A stretch of 64,000 bases of DNA from an uncultured Candidatus Rokubacteria bacterium (GCA_963762145.1 CAVXJS010000021.1:160001-224000), one strand, 5' to 3'. Counted from the stretch's first letter, positions 33,392 through 44,252 are shown. Notes: generated from the sequence alone by a model not told the origin. Numbers and translations: made by a program.

Positions 33392-34930
33392 ATGACGCTC
33401 TTCCAGGGCATGCTCCTGGGCCGGATCCTGCTGCTGGTCGCGCTCGCCGGCCTGCTGTTCACGCTGGCCCGCCGCGGGGTGATCTCGCGACGGCAACGCG
33501 CGTTCATCTTCGTCCTCCTCGTCGGCGCCCTCGCGAGCTACGCGAACTTCGGGATCCTGCACCCGAACCAATCCGGCTACCGGCCGGGACACATCCACTA
33601 CTACGACGCCTTTCACTACTTCATGGGAGCCAAGTACCTCCCGGAGCTGGGGTACTCGGGCCTCTACGAGGCGACCATCGTGGCCGGGCGTGAGCTCGGC
33701 GCCTTCGGCGGGATCACCTACGTTCGAGACCTCACGAGCTATGTCCCACGTCCGACCACGACCGTCGCAGCAGAGCCGATCCGGGCGCGCTTCTCAGCGG
33801 GGCGATGGGAAGCCTTCAAGCGCGACCTCGCCTTCTTCGGCCCACGGATCGACGCGTGGCCAGAGCTCCTCGTCGATCGCGGATACAATGATCCACCGCC
33901 GCGGGCGCTCCTCCTGCACCTGCTGGTCGGGCACCTGGCCGCGAGCGCGCCGACGCTCGCCCTGCTGTCCTCGCTCGACTACGTCCTGATGATCGCGGCG
34001 GCCTGGGCCGTCTGGCGCTCGTTCGGCGCGGTGCCCGCCGCGCTCACGCTCACCTTTCTCTCGCTGAGCTTCTACGCGCGATTCGACTACATCGGCGGAT
34101 CGATCCTGCGCTGGGACTGGGTCGCCGCGCTCCTCGCGGGCGCCGCCGCCCTGGCCCGGGGCGCCGGCACCACCGGCGGGCTCCTGCTCGGGTACGCGGC
34201 CGCGGCCCGGGTGTTCCCCGCCCTGTTCCTGGTTCCCCTCTTGATCAAGTGGACGCAGGCGCGGGTGAGCCGGCGGCCCGAGCCCGTGGTGACGTCCTGC
34301 CTCCGGGCGGCGGTGGGGCTCCTTCTTGCGATCTCGGTGGGGCTCCTCGCGTGGCCCGATCAGCGCCCGCTCGTGCTCGAATTCTTCGCCAAGATCCGGC
34401 TGCACGCCCAGGATCCGTTCGTGAACTCGGTGGGGTTGGGCTCGGTACTCGTGTTCGGCGCAGCACCGTGGAGCACGGCCGCAGACGGAGCGGTGTTCGT
34501 GCCCGCGGAGGCGATCGCGGCCGCGCGGCCCGCCGCGTATCTGCTCCCGCTGCTGTCGGCGGGCTATCTGCTCGCCGCCCTCCCCTTGATTCTCCGCGCC
34601 CGCCCGCTCGAGAGCATGACCTACGCGGTCCCCCTCGTCTTCTGCGCCTTCTCGCTCACCGGGTACTATTACGGCTTTCTGGCCCTTCTGGTCCTCTTGC
34701 CGTGGCACGAGGGTCGGGCGGACCGAATCAGCATCGTCGAGATGGCGCTACTGGCCGTCATCATGGCGAGCGCGTACGCCTTCGAGCTCGCGTCCGCGGA
34801 CCTGCTCCCCCTCTTCTACCAGGCCTCGATCCAGCTCGGCCTCTTCCTCGCCCTCTGGACGGTCTTCGAGTACGTCCGGCTCACCGGCACGCCGACGGGC
34901 GCGACGACTTGCCAACGCTCCCAGATGTGA
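33392..34930 (+). CDS. Polytopic membrane protein, probable GT-C glycosyltransferase (GT87/DUF2029-like)
   Basis: Many TM segments; extracytoplasmic loop HYYDAFHYFMGAKY.PELGY; D.GYN.PP; RVFPALF. Confidence 0.6.
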   Translation: MTLFQGMLLGRILLLVALAGLLFTLARRGVISRRQRAFIFVLLVGALASYANFGILHPNQSGYRPGHIHYYDAFHYFMGAKYLPELGYSGLYEATIVAGRELGAFGGITYVRDLTSYVPRPTTTVAAEPIRARFSAGRWEAFKRDLAFFGPRIDAWPELLVDRGYNDPPPRALLLHLLVGHLAASAPTLALLSSLDYVLMIAAAWAVWRSFGAVPAALTLTFLSLSFYARFDYIGGSILRWDWVAALLAGAAALARGAGTTGGLLLGYAAAARVFPALFLVPLLIKWTQARVSRRPEPVVTSCLRAAVGLLLAISVGLLAWPDQRPLVLEFFAKIRLHAQDPFVNSVGLGSVLVFGAAPWSTAADGAVFVPAEAIAAARPAAYLLPLLSAGYLLAALPLILRARPLESMTYAVPLVFCAFSLTGYYYGFLALLVLLPWHEGRADRISIVEMALLAVIMASAYAFELASADLLPLFYQASIQLGLFLALWTVFEYVRLTGTPTGATTCQRSQM

Positions 34931-34972
34931 GAGGATGTTCGCGATTTTCGATCCTCGCTCCCGGAGGTCCCG

Positions 34973-35551
34973 ATGAGCCACGCTGCCGCGCCCCACCCCA
35001 TGACGCTCGATCGCGAGCGCACCGCTCTGGTCGTGATCGACGTGCAGGAGCGCCTGTTCCCCGCCATGGACGCCGACCATCGGGAAGAGGTCATGCGGAA
35101 TATCAAGGTCCTGACCGCGGCGGCGCGGCGGCTGAATCTGGGCACCCTGGTCACCGAGCAATATCCGAAGGGGCTCGGCCATACCCTGCAGGAGGTCAAG
35201 GATGCCCTTCCCGCCGGGGTGCAGCCGGTCGAGAAAGTCGCGTTCTCCTGCCTGGGGGTCGACGCGTTCCGAAGCCGGCTCACCGCCACGGGCGCGCGGC
35301 AGCTCCTCCTGGCCGGCATCGAGGCTCACGTATGCGTGCTGATGTCGGCCCTGGACCTGCTGGCCGAGGGCTACGCGGTACACATCGTGGCCGACGCGGT
35401 GACGTCGCGCACGCAGGCCAACTGGCGCCTGGCCATGGCCCAGCTCCGGCAGGCCGGGGCGGTGGTGACCACCACCGAGACCGTGCTCTTCCAGCTCCTG
35501 CGTCAAGCGGACACGGACGACTTCCGGGAGCTGGCGCGCCTGATTCGCTGA
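34973..35551 (+). CDS. Isochorismatase family hydrolase (YcaC/ISOC-like)
   Basis: VIDVQERL, TEQYPKGLG, K.AFSC, GIEAHVCV. Confidence 0.93.
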   Translation: MSHAAAPHPMTLDRERTALVVIDVQERLFPAMDADHREEVMRNIKVLTAAARRLNLGTLVTEQYPKGLGHTLQEVKDALPAGVQPVEKVAFSCLGVDAFRSRLTATGARQLLLAGIEAHVCVLMSALDLLAEGYAVHIVADAVTSRTQANWRLAMAQLRQAGAVVTTTETVLFQLLRQADTDDFRELARLIR

Positions 35552-35982
35552 TGCCCCGCTATTTCGACATCCGCACCACGGTGCTTCTCGTGGTCGGGTA
35601 CGGCATCCTCGCCGAAGAGGAGGATCGCCCGATCGCCTACGACCTCAAGCGCGCGATCGGCTCGCGCAGCGAGGGAGCGGACCATCGAAGCGCGGTCGTG
35701 GTGACCGACATGTGGATGCTCAACCAGGAGATGGCCGAGATGTTCCCCGCCATCGGCATCGGGGGCCCCGCGGTCAACGCGTTCACCGCGCAGATCTACG
35801 AGGACCTGCCGGTCGCCTTCACACGGGACCAGCGCGTCTTCATCCAGATGAACCAGGACCGCGGCAAGCGGGCCGCGCTCTGGGGCATGGACCAGCGGAG
35901 CACTCGGGAAGCGGCGGAGCTATTCGCGAAGGACGGGCTCCTCGACCGCTTCCTCGAGCTCGTCTGGCCGCGACCCGCCTGA
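35551..35982 (+). CDS. Hypothetical protein (143 aa)
   Basis: ATG overlaps upstream TGA; host-like codon usage; IGIGGPAVN motif. Confidence 0.75.
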   Translation: MPRYFDIRTTVLLVVGYGILAEEEDRPIAYDLKRAIGSRSEGADHRSAVVVTDMWMLNQEMAEMFPAIGIGGPAVNAFTAQIYEDLPVAFTRDQRVFIQMNQDRGKRAALWGMDQRSTREAAELFAKDGLLDRFLELVWPRPA

Positions 35983-36000
35983 CCTGGCGGGCGGGCCCGT

Positions 36001-36699
36001 CTAGCGGGCGACGGTCAGGCGACTGCCGGGCGGCAGGTTGCTGTACGTGACCGAGCCGTTGGGGCCCGCATAGCGATACACCGAGCGCGGGATCACGCTG
36101 CGACCGCCGGTCCACACTCCACCGCCCCCGCCACCGCCCAGCACGCGCTGCACGTACTGCTGAGTCTCCGCGTATGGGGGAATACCGCGATGAGTGTCCA
36201 CCGCGCCCTCGCCCGCATTGTACGCGGCGACCGCCAGCGCGACGTTGCCGGGATAGCGGTCCAGCAGATAGCGCAGGTGGCGCACGCCCCCGTCGATGTT
36301 CTCGCGCGGGTTGAAGGAGTCGCGAACGCCGAGCATCACCGCGGTCTTGGGCATCAGCTGCATCAGCCCTCGGGCGCCGGTACGGGACACCGCGGTCGGA
36401 TTGAACGCCGACTCGGCCCGGATCACGGACTCGACGAGGCTCGCGTCCACGCCGTGGCGCGCGGAGATCTCCCGGATCTCGATGGCGTACTGACCACGAG
36501 CAACCTCGGGCATCCGGAGCCAGCCGGTGGCGGTACCCGAAACGACGGGCAGCCCTCGATATCGTGGATCCGCCGGCGCGTTGGTGAGGTGCACGCCCCC
36601 CGCGCCGTCGACCATGCGATAGGTGTCAGCCTGAGCGGCGGGGATTGCACCCAAACCGGCTAACAGGGCTACGAAGGTGAGCACGCCTCTCTTGAGCAC
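36001..36699 (-). CDS. Lytic transglycosylase (SLT) with DUF4124-like flanking segments
   Basis: AES.FNP.AVS..GA.GLMQLMP, AAYNAGEG, ETQQYV; signal peptide. Confidence 0.93.
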   Translation of the reverse strand: MLKRGVLTFVALLAGLGAIPAAQADTYRMVDGAGGVHLTNAPADPRYRGLPVVSGTATGWLRMPEVARGQYAIEIREISARHGVDASLVESVIRAESAFNPTAVSRTGARGLMQLMPKTAVMLGVRDSFNPRENIDGGVRHLRYLLDRYPGNVALAVAAYNAGEGAVDTHRGIPPYAETQQYVQRVLGGGGGGGVWTGGRSVIPRSVYRYAGPNGSVTYSNLPPGSRLTVAR

Positions 36700-36733
36700 G
36701 CCCTATATCCACGTGGCATGCCACGGGGTCCCA

Positions 36734-36769
36734 AAACAACGAGAGGCCGTCCGCACTGGACGGCCTCTC
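36734..36769 (-). terminator. Intrinsic terminator after lon
   Basis: GAGAGGCCGTCC-N5-GGACGGCCTCTC 12-bp stem, followed on the minus strand by GTTGTTTT. Confidence 0.75.
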
Positions 36770-36795
36770 AGACTTACTTTTCAGCTGCTTACAGG

Positions 36796-39225
36796 CTAGT
36801 TCCGGGCCTGGAGCAGCGACTCCCGGACGCGATTGTCCCTGGGTATCGGCTCCTCGAGGGCCAGATTCAGCACTTGATCCACCGTATCCACCAGGTGGAA
36901 GGTCATCCCCTCGCGCACCTGGCTCGGCACGTCCTCGATCAAGTTTTTCTCGTTTCGTTTCGGCAAGATAATGGTCTTGATGCCGGCTCGCCGGGCCCCG
37001 AGGACCTTCTCCTTGATGCCCCCCACGGGCAGCACGCGGCCGGATAACGTCACTTCGCCGGTCATGGCCAGATCCGATCTCACGGGCCGCTGAGTCATCA
37101 GGGAAACGAGTGCCGTCACCAGCGTGACACCGGCGGACGGACCGTCCTTGGGAATCGCGCCCGCCGGTACATGCACGTGCAGGTCGGAGGTCTCCCAGTA
37201 GTCGGACCGGATTCCGAGTTCCGACACATGCGAGCGCACCCACGAGAGCGCGGCCTGGGCGGACTCCTTCATGACATCGCCCAGCTGACCGGTCAGGGTC
37301 AGCGTCTTGCTGCCCTTCATCCTGGTGGCCTCGATGAACAGGATCTCGCCGCCGGTGGGTGTCCAGGACATGCCGATCGCCACCCCGGGAATGCTGGTCC
37401 GCTCCTCGAGCTCCTCGTGCATGTACTTCGGCACCCCGAGCAGCTCGCCGACGAGCGCCTCGGTCACCTCCACGAGATCGGTGTGGCCCTCGACCCGGCG
37501 CTTGGCGATCTTGCGCGTGACCGCCGCGATCGCCCGCTCCAGGTTCCGCAGCCCCGCCTCGCGCGTGTAGCCGCGCACCAGCAACCGCACCGCCCCGTCG
37601 GTCCACTGCAGCTCCACGCCTTCGACCATGCCGTGATCGCTGACCTGCTTCGGCACGAGGTGGCTCCGCGCGATACGCACCTTCTCCTCCTCGGTGTACC
37701 CGGCGATCTCGATGATCTCCATCCGGTCACGCAGCGGCGCCGGCACCGTATCCAGCACGTTCGCGGTCGTGATGAACAGGACCTTGGAGAGATCGAACGC
37801 CACGTCGATGTAGTGGTCCCGGAACGCCACGTTCTGCTCGGGGTCGAGCACCTCGAGCAGAGCGGAGGCCGGATCGCCCCGGAAGTCCATGCCGAGCTTG
37901 TCCACCTCGTCCAGCATCAGCACCGCGTTCTTCGATTCGGCTCGGCGCAGGCCCTGGATGACCTGACCCGGCAGCGCGCCGATATAGGTTCTCCGGTGGC
38001 CGCGGATCTCCGCCTCGTCACGCATGCCGCCCAGCGAGATGCGGTGGAACTTCCGGCCGAGCGCCCGCGCGATCGAGCGGCCCAGCGAGGTCTTGCCGAC
38101 ACCCGGGGGGCCGACGAAGCACAGGATCGGATCCTTCCCGGCCGGGCGCATGCTCTTCACCGCGAGGTACTCGAGGATGCGCTCCTTCACCTTCTCGAGG
38201 CCGGAATGATCGTCGTCGAGCACTCGCCGCGCCTCGTTGATGTCGAGGTTGTCGGTCGTCTCCTTGCTCCACGGCAGCGCCACGAGCCAGTCGAGATAGG
38301 TCCGCGCCACCGTGTACTCCGCGGCGGCCGGCGGCATCTTGCTCAGCCGGTCCAGCTCGCGCACCGCCTCCTTGTGGGCCTCCTCGGTCATCCCGGCCGC
38401 CTCGATCTTCGCCCGCAGCTCGTCGAGCTCCTGGGCGCGATCGTCGGTCTGCCCGAGCTCCTTCTGGATCGCCTTCATCTGCTCCCGCAGGTAGTACTCG
38501 CGCTGGCTCTTGCCGACCTCCGACTCGACCTGCGACTGGATCTTGGAGCCGAGGGCCAGCACCTCGGCCTCTTTCGTGAGGACCGAGACGAGACGGGCCA
38601 GCCGCGCCTTGACATCCGGCGTCTCCAGGAGCTCCTGCTTCACCTGGGTCGTGAGCACGGGCAGCGTGGCCGCGATGAGGTCGCCGAGGCGGTCCGGCTG
38701 TGTCACGTTCTGCGCGACGGTCGCCAGCTCGTCGGGCAGCATCGGGGACAGCTCCACCACCTGACGGAACAGGTTCCCCGCGTTCCGCGCCAGCGCCTCC
38801 GCCTCGAGATCCCCGGCGGGCGGCGAGAGCTCCGGCACCTGCGCGATGCGCGCGGTGAGATACGGGCGCACCTGCGTCATCTCCGTGATGCGGATGCGAT
38901 GAAGACCCTGCACCACCAGCCGCACGGTGCCGTCGGGCTGCTTCAGCACCTTGTGCACGGTGGCCAGGGTCCCGACCCGGTGCAGATCGGCCTCCTGCGG
39001 ATCCTCGGTCGTCGGATCCCGCTGGGTGAAGACCCCGATCAGGCGGCCGCCCCGAACCACGTCTTCGAGCAACCGCACCGACGACTCGCGACCGGCCCCC
39101 AGCGGCAGGGCCGACTGTGGAAACAGGACGGTGTCGCGCAAGGGCAAGATCGGCACGCGCTCCGGAACCGGTTCGTCCGAGCTCGGCGAGCCTGCACTGG
39201 CCAGGGACATCTTCTCGTCCGTCAT
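36796..39225 (-). CDS. lon: ATP-dependent Lon protease
   Basis: [43 protein letters not shown]. Confidence 0.98.
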   Translation of the reverse strand: MTDEKMSLASAGSPSSDEPVPERVPILPLRDTVLFPQSALPLGAGRESSVRLLEDVVRGGRLIGVFTQRDPTTEDPQEADLHRVGTLATVHKVLKQPDGTVRLVVQGLHRIRITEMTQVRPYLTARIAQVPELSPPAGDLEAEALARNAGNLFRQVVELSPMLPDELATVAQNVTQPDRLGDLIAATLPVLTTQVKQELLETPDVKARLARLVSVLTKEAEVLALGSKIQSQVESEVGKSQREYYLREQMKAIQKELGQTDDRAQELDELRAKIEAAGMTEEAHKEAVRELDRLSKMPPAAAEYTVARTYLDWLVALPWSKETTDNLDINEARRVLDDDHSGLEKVKERILEYLAVKSMRPAGKDPILCFVGPPGVGKTSLGRSIARALGRKFHRISLGGMRDEAEIRGHRRTYIGALPGQVIQGLRRAESKNAVLMLDEVDKLGMDFRGDPASALLEVLDPEQNVAFRDHYIDVAFDLSKVLFITTANVLDTVPAPLRDRMEIIEIAGYTEEEKVRIARSHLVPKQVSDHGMVEGVELQWTDGAVRLLVRGYTREAGLRNLERAIAAVTRKIAKRRVEGHTDLVEVTEALVGELLGVPKYMHEELEERTSIPGVAIGMSWTPTGGEILFIEATRMKGSKTLTLTGQLGDVMKESAQAALSWVRSHVSELGIRSDYWETSDLHVHVPAGAIPKDGPSAGVTLVTALVSLMTQRPVRSDLAMTGEVTLSGRVLPVGGIKEKVLGARRAGIKTIILPKRNEKNLIEDVPSQVREGMTFHLVDTVDQVLNLALEEPIPRDNRVRESLLQARN

Positions 39226-39244
39226 GATGATGGCCTCCCTTCCC

Positions 39245-39631
39245 TCAAAAAAGGTCAACCGGCGAAAGCTGGCTGGATGCCGCCCGGACGAGCGCTTCGC
39301 TCTTGCCGCGCCGCGCCTCGTCTCGGGAGTCCGCCATGTCGTTTCGCACGTGATTGGTCAACTCCTCGATCCGCGCCTGCATGTCGAGCATGCGGCGCCT
39401 CATCTTTAGGATGATCTCGATCCCGGCAAGATTCACCCCGAGGTCGCGGGCCAGCCGGGTGACGCGCGCGATCTCCTCGACATCCTCTGTCGAGTACATC
39501 CGGGTCTTCCCCTCCGTTCGGCTCGGGCGGATCAACCCCTTCTTCTCGTACATGCGGAGGGTCTGGGGATGGATCTTCACCATCTCCGCCACGACACCGA
39601 TCATGTAGAGGGGCCGACTGCGGTCGGTCAT
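39245..39631 (-). CDS. hspR: MerR-family heat-shock repressor
   Basis: YMIGVVAEM..IHPQTLR.YE, R.YS..D, LGVNLAGI; directly after dnaJ. Confidence 0.9.
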   Translation of the reverse strand: MTDRSRPLYMIGVVAEMVKIHPQTLRMYEKKGLIRPSRTEGKTRMYSTEDVEEIARVTRLARDLGVNLAGIEIILKMRRRMLDMQARIEELTNHVRNDMADSRDEARRGKSEALVRAASSQLSPVDLF

Positions 39632-40635
39632 TCGCGCGCGCTCCCGGGTGCCGTGACGTCCGGTTGGGCAGGCAGGAGCCGTCCCAGCTCCCGGAACACC
39701 TCCTGCGTCCTGGTATCCAGGCTGCGGGGAATCTCCACCCGCGCGGTCACGTAGAGATCTCCGCGCCCGTCCCCGGCGAGCCGCCGGACGCCCTTGCCCC
39801 TCAGCCGGAACACCTGGCTGCTCTGGGTGCCGGGCGGGATCGCGAGGTCCACGGAGCCGTCGACACCCTTCACCTTGACGCGGGCGCCCAGGACCGCCTC
39901 GACGAGGGAGAGTGGCACCTCGCAGTAGAGATTGTCGCCCTTGCGCGTGTACCGCGGATCGTCGTGCACCCGCGCGATCACGATCAGATCGCCCCGCGGA
40001 CCGGCGAACGGCCCCGAGTGGCCTTCGCCGGGGATCCGGATCTGGCTGCCGGTGTCCATTCCCGGCGGCAGCAGCACGTGAACCACGGCGCGGCCCGGCG
40101 TGACGCCACGACCGCGGCAGGCCACGCAGGCCGCCGCCACGCGCGTGCCGGCTCCCTCGCAGGCCGGACATACCCCGCTCTCGCGCGAGGACTCGCTCCA
40201 GACCGTGCCCAGCCCGCCGCAATGCGAGCAGGTAGTCGGCGAGGCGCCCGCGGCCGCGCCGGTGGCGCGACAGGCCTCGCACGGAGACAACCGGTCGACC
40301 GGCACGTCCGCCTCGACGCCGGCGACCGCCTGCGCGAACGAGAGCTCGACCGCGACCTGGGCGTCACCGCCCCGGCGCCCGGAGCGCGGGGCTGTCGCCG
40401 GAGCGGGACCGGACCGGTCCGCGCGCCTCACACCCTGCCGGTCATAGACCGAGCGCGCGGTCGGATCGCTCAAGATGCGGTAGGCCTCCCCGATCTCCTC
40501 GAAGAGTGCCTGCGCGTCGCGCTCCCAGAAGTTAACGTCGGGGGAATAGCGGCGCGCGAGACGCTGGTAGGCCCGACGGATCTGGACCGTCGTGGCTCCC
40601 GCACTCACTTCGAGCACCGCGTAGTAGTCACGCAT
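39628..40635 (-). CDS. dnaJ: DnaJ chaperone with a non-canonical J-domain motif (SPD)
   Basis: DYY.VL, J-domain, four CxxC zinc repeats, C-terminal domain (GDLYV). Confidence 0.9.
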   Translation of the reverse strand: MRDYYAVLEVSAGATTVQIRRAYQRLARRYSPDVNFWERDAQALFEEIGEAYRILSDPTARSVYDRQGVRRADRSGPAPATAPRSGRRGGDAQVAVELSFAQAVAGVEADVPVDRLSPCEACRATGAAAGASPTTCSHCGGLGTVWSESSRESGVCPACEGAGTRVAAACVACRGRGVTPGRAVVHVLLPPGMDTGSQIRIPGEGHSGPFAGPRGDLIVIARVHDDPRYTRKGDNLYCEVPLSLVEAVLGARVKVKGVDGSVDLAIPPGTQSSQVFRLRGKGVRRLAGDGRGDLYVTARVEIPRSLDTRTQEVFRELGRLLPAQPDVTAPGSARE

Positions 40636-40686
40636 GGTCGTGCGCGGGGCCGCGCGCTGTTCCGCGGGCCCCGCGCCTCTCGGTTG

Positions 40687-42603
40687 TTACTTCTTCTCTC
40701 CCAGATCCTCGAACTCGGCGTCCACCACGTCCCCCTTGGGCGGCGTGGCGCCGCCCGCGGGCCCCGGCTCGGGCGCCCCGCCGGCGCCGGGCTGGGACTT
40801 CGCCTGGGCTTCGCGGTACATGGCCTCCGACAGCTTGTGCGAGGCCTGGACCGTCGCTTCCTGTGCCTTCTTGATCCGGTCGAGATCCTCGGTCTTGAGC
40901 GCCTCTCGCAGCTCGCCCAGAGCCGCCTCGGTCGCCTGCTTGTCGGCGGCGTCGACCTTGTCGCCCTGCTCGCGCAGCAGCTTCTCCGTCGAGTACATCA
41001 CCGAGTCGGCGAGGTTCCTGATCTCGATGCCCTCGCGCTGCCGGGCATCGTCGGCCGCGTTCGCCTCGGCCTCCTTCTTCATGCGCTCGATCTCGTCCTT
41101 GCTGAGGCCGGACGAGGCCGTGATCGTGATGTTCTGCTGCTTGCTCGTCGCCTTGTCGCGCGCCGAGACGTTGAGGATCCCGTTCGCGTCGATATCGAAC
41201 GTGACCTCGATCTGCGGTACGCCCCGCGGCGCGGACGGCAGGCCGTCCAGGTGGAATCGACCCAGGGTGCGGTTGTCCCGCGCCATCGGCCGCTCGCCCT
41301 GCAGCACGTGCACCTCCACCGAGGGCTGGCTGTCCGCCGCGGTCGTGAAGGTCTCCGCCTTCTTCGTCGGGATCGTGGTGTTGGCGTCGATCAGCTTCGT
41401 CATCACGCCGCCCAGCGTCTCGATGCCTAGGGACAGGGGCGTCACGTCCAGGAGCAGGAGGTCCTTGACCTCTCCGGTCAGCACCGCCGCCTGCACCGCC
41501 GCGCCGAGCGCCACGACCTCGTCCGGGTTCACCGTCTTGTTCGGCTCCTTGCCGAACAGCCGCTTGACCTCCTCCTGGACCTTCGGCATCCGCGTCTGGC
41601 CGCCGACCAGGATGATCTCGTCGATGTCGTCCGGATTGACCCCCGCCTGCCGCATCGCCTCCCGGCAGGGGGTCAGGCTGCGCTCGATCAGATCCGCCAC
41701 CAGCGTCTCGAGCTTGGCCCGGGTGAGGGTCACCACGAGATGCTTGGGGCCGCTCGCGTCCGCGGTGATGAACGGGAGATTGATCTCGGTCTGCACCGTG
41801 GTGGACAGCTCACACTTGGCCTTCTCGGCCGCTTCCTTGAGCCGCTGGAGCGCCATCCGGTCCTTGCGCAGATCGATGCCGTTCTCGCGCTTGAACTCCT
41901 CGGCGATCCAGTCCATCACCCGCTGGTCGAAGTCGTCGCCGCCCAGGTGGGTATCACCATTGGTGGCCTTCACCTCGACGACACCCTCGCCGATCTCCAG
42001 GACGGAGATGTCGAATGTGCCGCCGCCCAGGTCGTAGACCGCGACCGTCTCGTCCTTCTTCTTGTCGAGACCATAGGCGAGCGCCGCCGCGGTGGGCTCG
42101 TTGACGATGCGGAGCACCTCGAGACCCGCGATCGCCCCCGCGTCCTTCGTGGCCTGCCGCTGACTATCGTTGAAATAGGCCGGCACGGTGATGACCGCCT
42201 GGGTGACCTTCTCCCCCAGGTAGGCCTCGGCCGCTTCCTTGAGCTTGCGCAGCACGAGCGCGGAGATCTCCGGAGGAGAGTACATCTTGCCGCGGCTCTC
42301 CACGCGAACATCCCCGTTATCGGCCTTGAGCACCTTGTACGGGATCAGCTTGGCCTCACCGAGCACCTCGTCATAGCGGCGTCCCATGAAGCGCTTGATG
42401 GAGAAGATGGTGTTCTCCGGGTTCGTGATGGCCTGACGCTTCGCCACCTGCCCGACGAGGGTATCTCCCTCCTTCGTGAAAGCCACCACCGATGGAGTCA
42501 GGCGGCTCCCTTCCTGATTGGCGATGACGGCGGGGTCACCGCCTTCCACCACCGCGACAACCGAGTTCGTCGTTCCGAGGTCGATACCGATCACCTTCGC
42601 CAT
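40687..42603 (-). CDS. dnaK: Chaperone DnaK
   Basis: [45 protein letters not shown]. Confidence 0.99.
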   Translation of the reverse strand: MAKVIGIDLGTTNSVVAVVEGGDPAVIANQEGSRLTPSVVAFTKEGDTLVGQVAKRQAITNPENTIFSIKRFMGRRYDEVLGEAKLIPYKVLKADNGDVRVESRGKMYSPPEISALVLRKLKEAAEAYLGEKVTQAVITVPAYFNDSQRQATKDAGAIAGLEVLRIVNEPTAAALAYGLDKKKDETVAVYDLGGGTFDISVLEIGEGVVEVKATNGDTHLGGDDFDQRVMDWIAEEFKRENGIDLRKDRMALQRLKEAAEKAKCELSTTVQTEINLPFITADASGPKHLVVTLTRAKLETLVADLIERSLTPCREAMRQAGVNPDDIDEIILVGGQTRMPKVQEEVKRLFGKEPNKTVNPDEVVALGAAVQAAVLTGEVKDLLLLDVTPLSLGIETLGGVMTKLIDANTTIPTKKAETFTTAADSQPSVEVHVLQGERPMARDNRTLGRFHLDGLPSAPRGVPQIEVTFDIDANGILNVSARDKATSKQQNITITASSGLSKDEIERMKKEAEANAADDARQREGIEIRNLADSVMYSTEKLLREQGDKVDAADKQATEAALGELREALKTEDLDRIKKAQEATVQASHKLSEAMYREAQAKSQPGAGGAPEPGPAGGATPPKGDVVDAEFEDLGEKK

Positions 42604-42672
42604 GTCGTGTTCTCTCCTGTCTGAGTGTCCCGGGGCTGCGCCGGGCCGGCGGATTTCCTCGCCCCGACCTGA

Positions 42673-42717
42673 TATGAGCGTACTTGACTTATATATGCTG
42701 AGTTGATCGATGTCAAA
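42673..42717 (-). promoter_or_regulatory. dnaK sigma70 promoter overlapped by HAIR-like HspR operators
   Basis: Minus strand TTGACA-N17-TATAAG; TTTGACA-N7-ACTCAGC and TATAAGT-N7-GCTCATA versus HAIR CTTGAGT-N7-ACTCAAG. Confidence 0.7.
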
Positions 42718-42906
42718 TAGGTTGGAATTATTAAATATATGGGAGCTATATCAGACACTTCCGAAGATCCAGCGAATCCGGGGGAAGACCACCCAGTGTT
42801 CCGGGCAGAGCTCAGGCGCCCCCGATAGGGACGAAGGCGATATGCGTGCGGGCACCGCCTCGCCCGCGCCTGTGTATAATGCCGGTGCGACTCGACGACT
42901 GTCCCA

Positions 42907-43716
42907 ATGGCTGACGCCGCCGGCACTCGCTTCGTCTCCCTCCTCTCCCTCATGGCTCGCCTCAGGGCCGAAGGTGGTTGCCCATGGGACCGCGAGCAGA
43001 CCCGGACCTCTCTTCGCCCCTATGTCATAGAGGAGGCGTACGAGGTCGTCCACGCCATCGATGAGGGCTCGCGGGATCACCTCGTGGAAGAGCTCGGGGA
43101 TCTGCTGTTCCAGGTCGTCTTCCACAGTCAGATCGGGACCGAGGCCGGGGAGTTCACGATGGATGACGTCCTGCAGCGGGTCTGCGACAAGATGACCCGC
43201 CGGCACCCGCACGTGTTCGGAGGCGACGCGGTGGCCGATTCGCGGGAGGCCCTCGCCCAGTGGGAGCGAATCAAGCGGGAGGAGGCCGGCTCGACCGGCT
43301 CCACCCTCGACGGGGTCCCCGCGTCGCTTCCGGCCTTGCTCCGCGCCCAGAAGCTCCAGAGCAAGGCGGCCCGCGTGGGCTTCGACTGGCCGAACTGGCA
43401 GGACGCGTGGAGCAAGGTGGGAGAGGAAGTGGGCGAAGTCCAGGAGGCGCTGATCGGCGGAGATGACGCCCGCGTCGCGGACGAGCTCGGTGATTTGCTG
43501 TTTTCGATCGTCAATGTGGCGCGGCTACGGGGCATGGATGCCGAGGACTGCCTGCGCCGAGCCTCCGAGAAGTTCACCCGACGCTTCGGGAAGGTGGAGA
43601 CGGAGATGAAGGCGGGCGGCCGGACGGTCACTGAGGCATCTGCGGCAGACTTGGATCGAGCCTGGGAAGCGGTCAAGGCGCAAGAGGATCAGAGCCCCGA
43701 ATCGAGGGTGCGGTGA
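42907..43716 (+). CDS. mazG: Nucleoside triphosphate pyrophosphohydrolase
   Basis: GCPWDREQT, EEAYE, EELGDLL, RRHPHVF, second ELGDLLF. Confidence 0.96.
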   Translation: MADAAGTRFVSLLSLMARLRAEGGCPWDREQTRTSLRPYVIEEAYEVVHAIDEGSRDHLVEELGDLLFQVVFHSQIGTEAGEFTMDDVLQRVCDKMTRRHPHVFGGDAVADSREALAQWERIKREEAGSTGSTLDGVPASLPALLRAQKLQSKAARVGFDWPNWQDAWSKVGEEVGEVQEALIGGDDARVADELGDLLFSIVNVARLRGMDAEDCLRRASEKFTRRFGKVETEMKAGGRTVTEASAADLDRAWEAVKAQEDQSPESRVR

Positions 43717-44252
43717 TGAAGTGCAAGATCGGCAAGACGACCGTCATCGTCGAGCGGGGAGATATCACGGAGGCCGAGGTCGACGCGGTGGTCAACGCCG
43801 CCAACGCGGAGCTGTGGATGGGCGCCGGCGTCGCCGGGGCGCTCAAGCGCAAGGGCGGCGTGGTCATCGAGGAGGATGCGATCCGGCAGGGACCGGTGGA
43901 GGTCGGGGAGGCGGTGCTGACGGTCGCCGGGAACCTGGCAGCGACTCACGTCATTCACGCGGTGACCATGGGGAAGGACCTCAAGTCGGACCCCGGGAAC
44001 ATCACGGCCGCCACCCGGGCGACCCTGGCCATCGCCGAGAAGCACAAGCTGTCTTCCCTCGCGTTTCCGGCCCTGGGGAGCGGAGTGGGCGGGATCCCGG
44101 CGGCCCAGTCCGCCGACGCGATGCTGACCACGGTGGTCGAGCACGTCAAGCGCGGGCCCTCGAGCCTGGAGAAGGTGCTCTTCGTGCTGTACGAGGACCA
44201 GGCCGAGAAGGCCTTCAGCGACGTCCTCAGGCGGCTCGGCGGGGTACGCTAG
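43716..44252 (+). CDS. Macrodomain (ADP-ribose-binding/hydrolase) protein
   Basis: GDIT, DAVVNAAN, GAGVAGAL, VIHAV, AFPALGSG. Confidence 0.93.
   Translation: MKCKIGKTTVIVERGDITEAEVDAVVNAANAELWMGAGVAGALKRKGGVVIEEDAIRQGPVEVGEAVLTVAGNLAATHVIHAVTMGKDLKSDPGNITAATRATLAIAEKHKLSSLAFPALGSGVGGIPAAQSADAMLTTVVEHVKRGPSSLEKVLFVLYEDQAEKAFSDVLRRLGGVR

Noticed and set aside
36707-36724. Sigma54 promoter for the slt gene (minus strand TGGCATGCCACGTGGAT)
   Set aside because: The -12 element reads GG rather than the invariant GC, which is too weak to call.
42907-44252. mazG plus macrodomain as an anti-phage or toxin-antitoxin system
   Set aside because: Both are housekeeping-type (tandem-domain MazG, YmdB-like macrodomain), with no toxin, ADP-ribosyltransferase or defence-island context.
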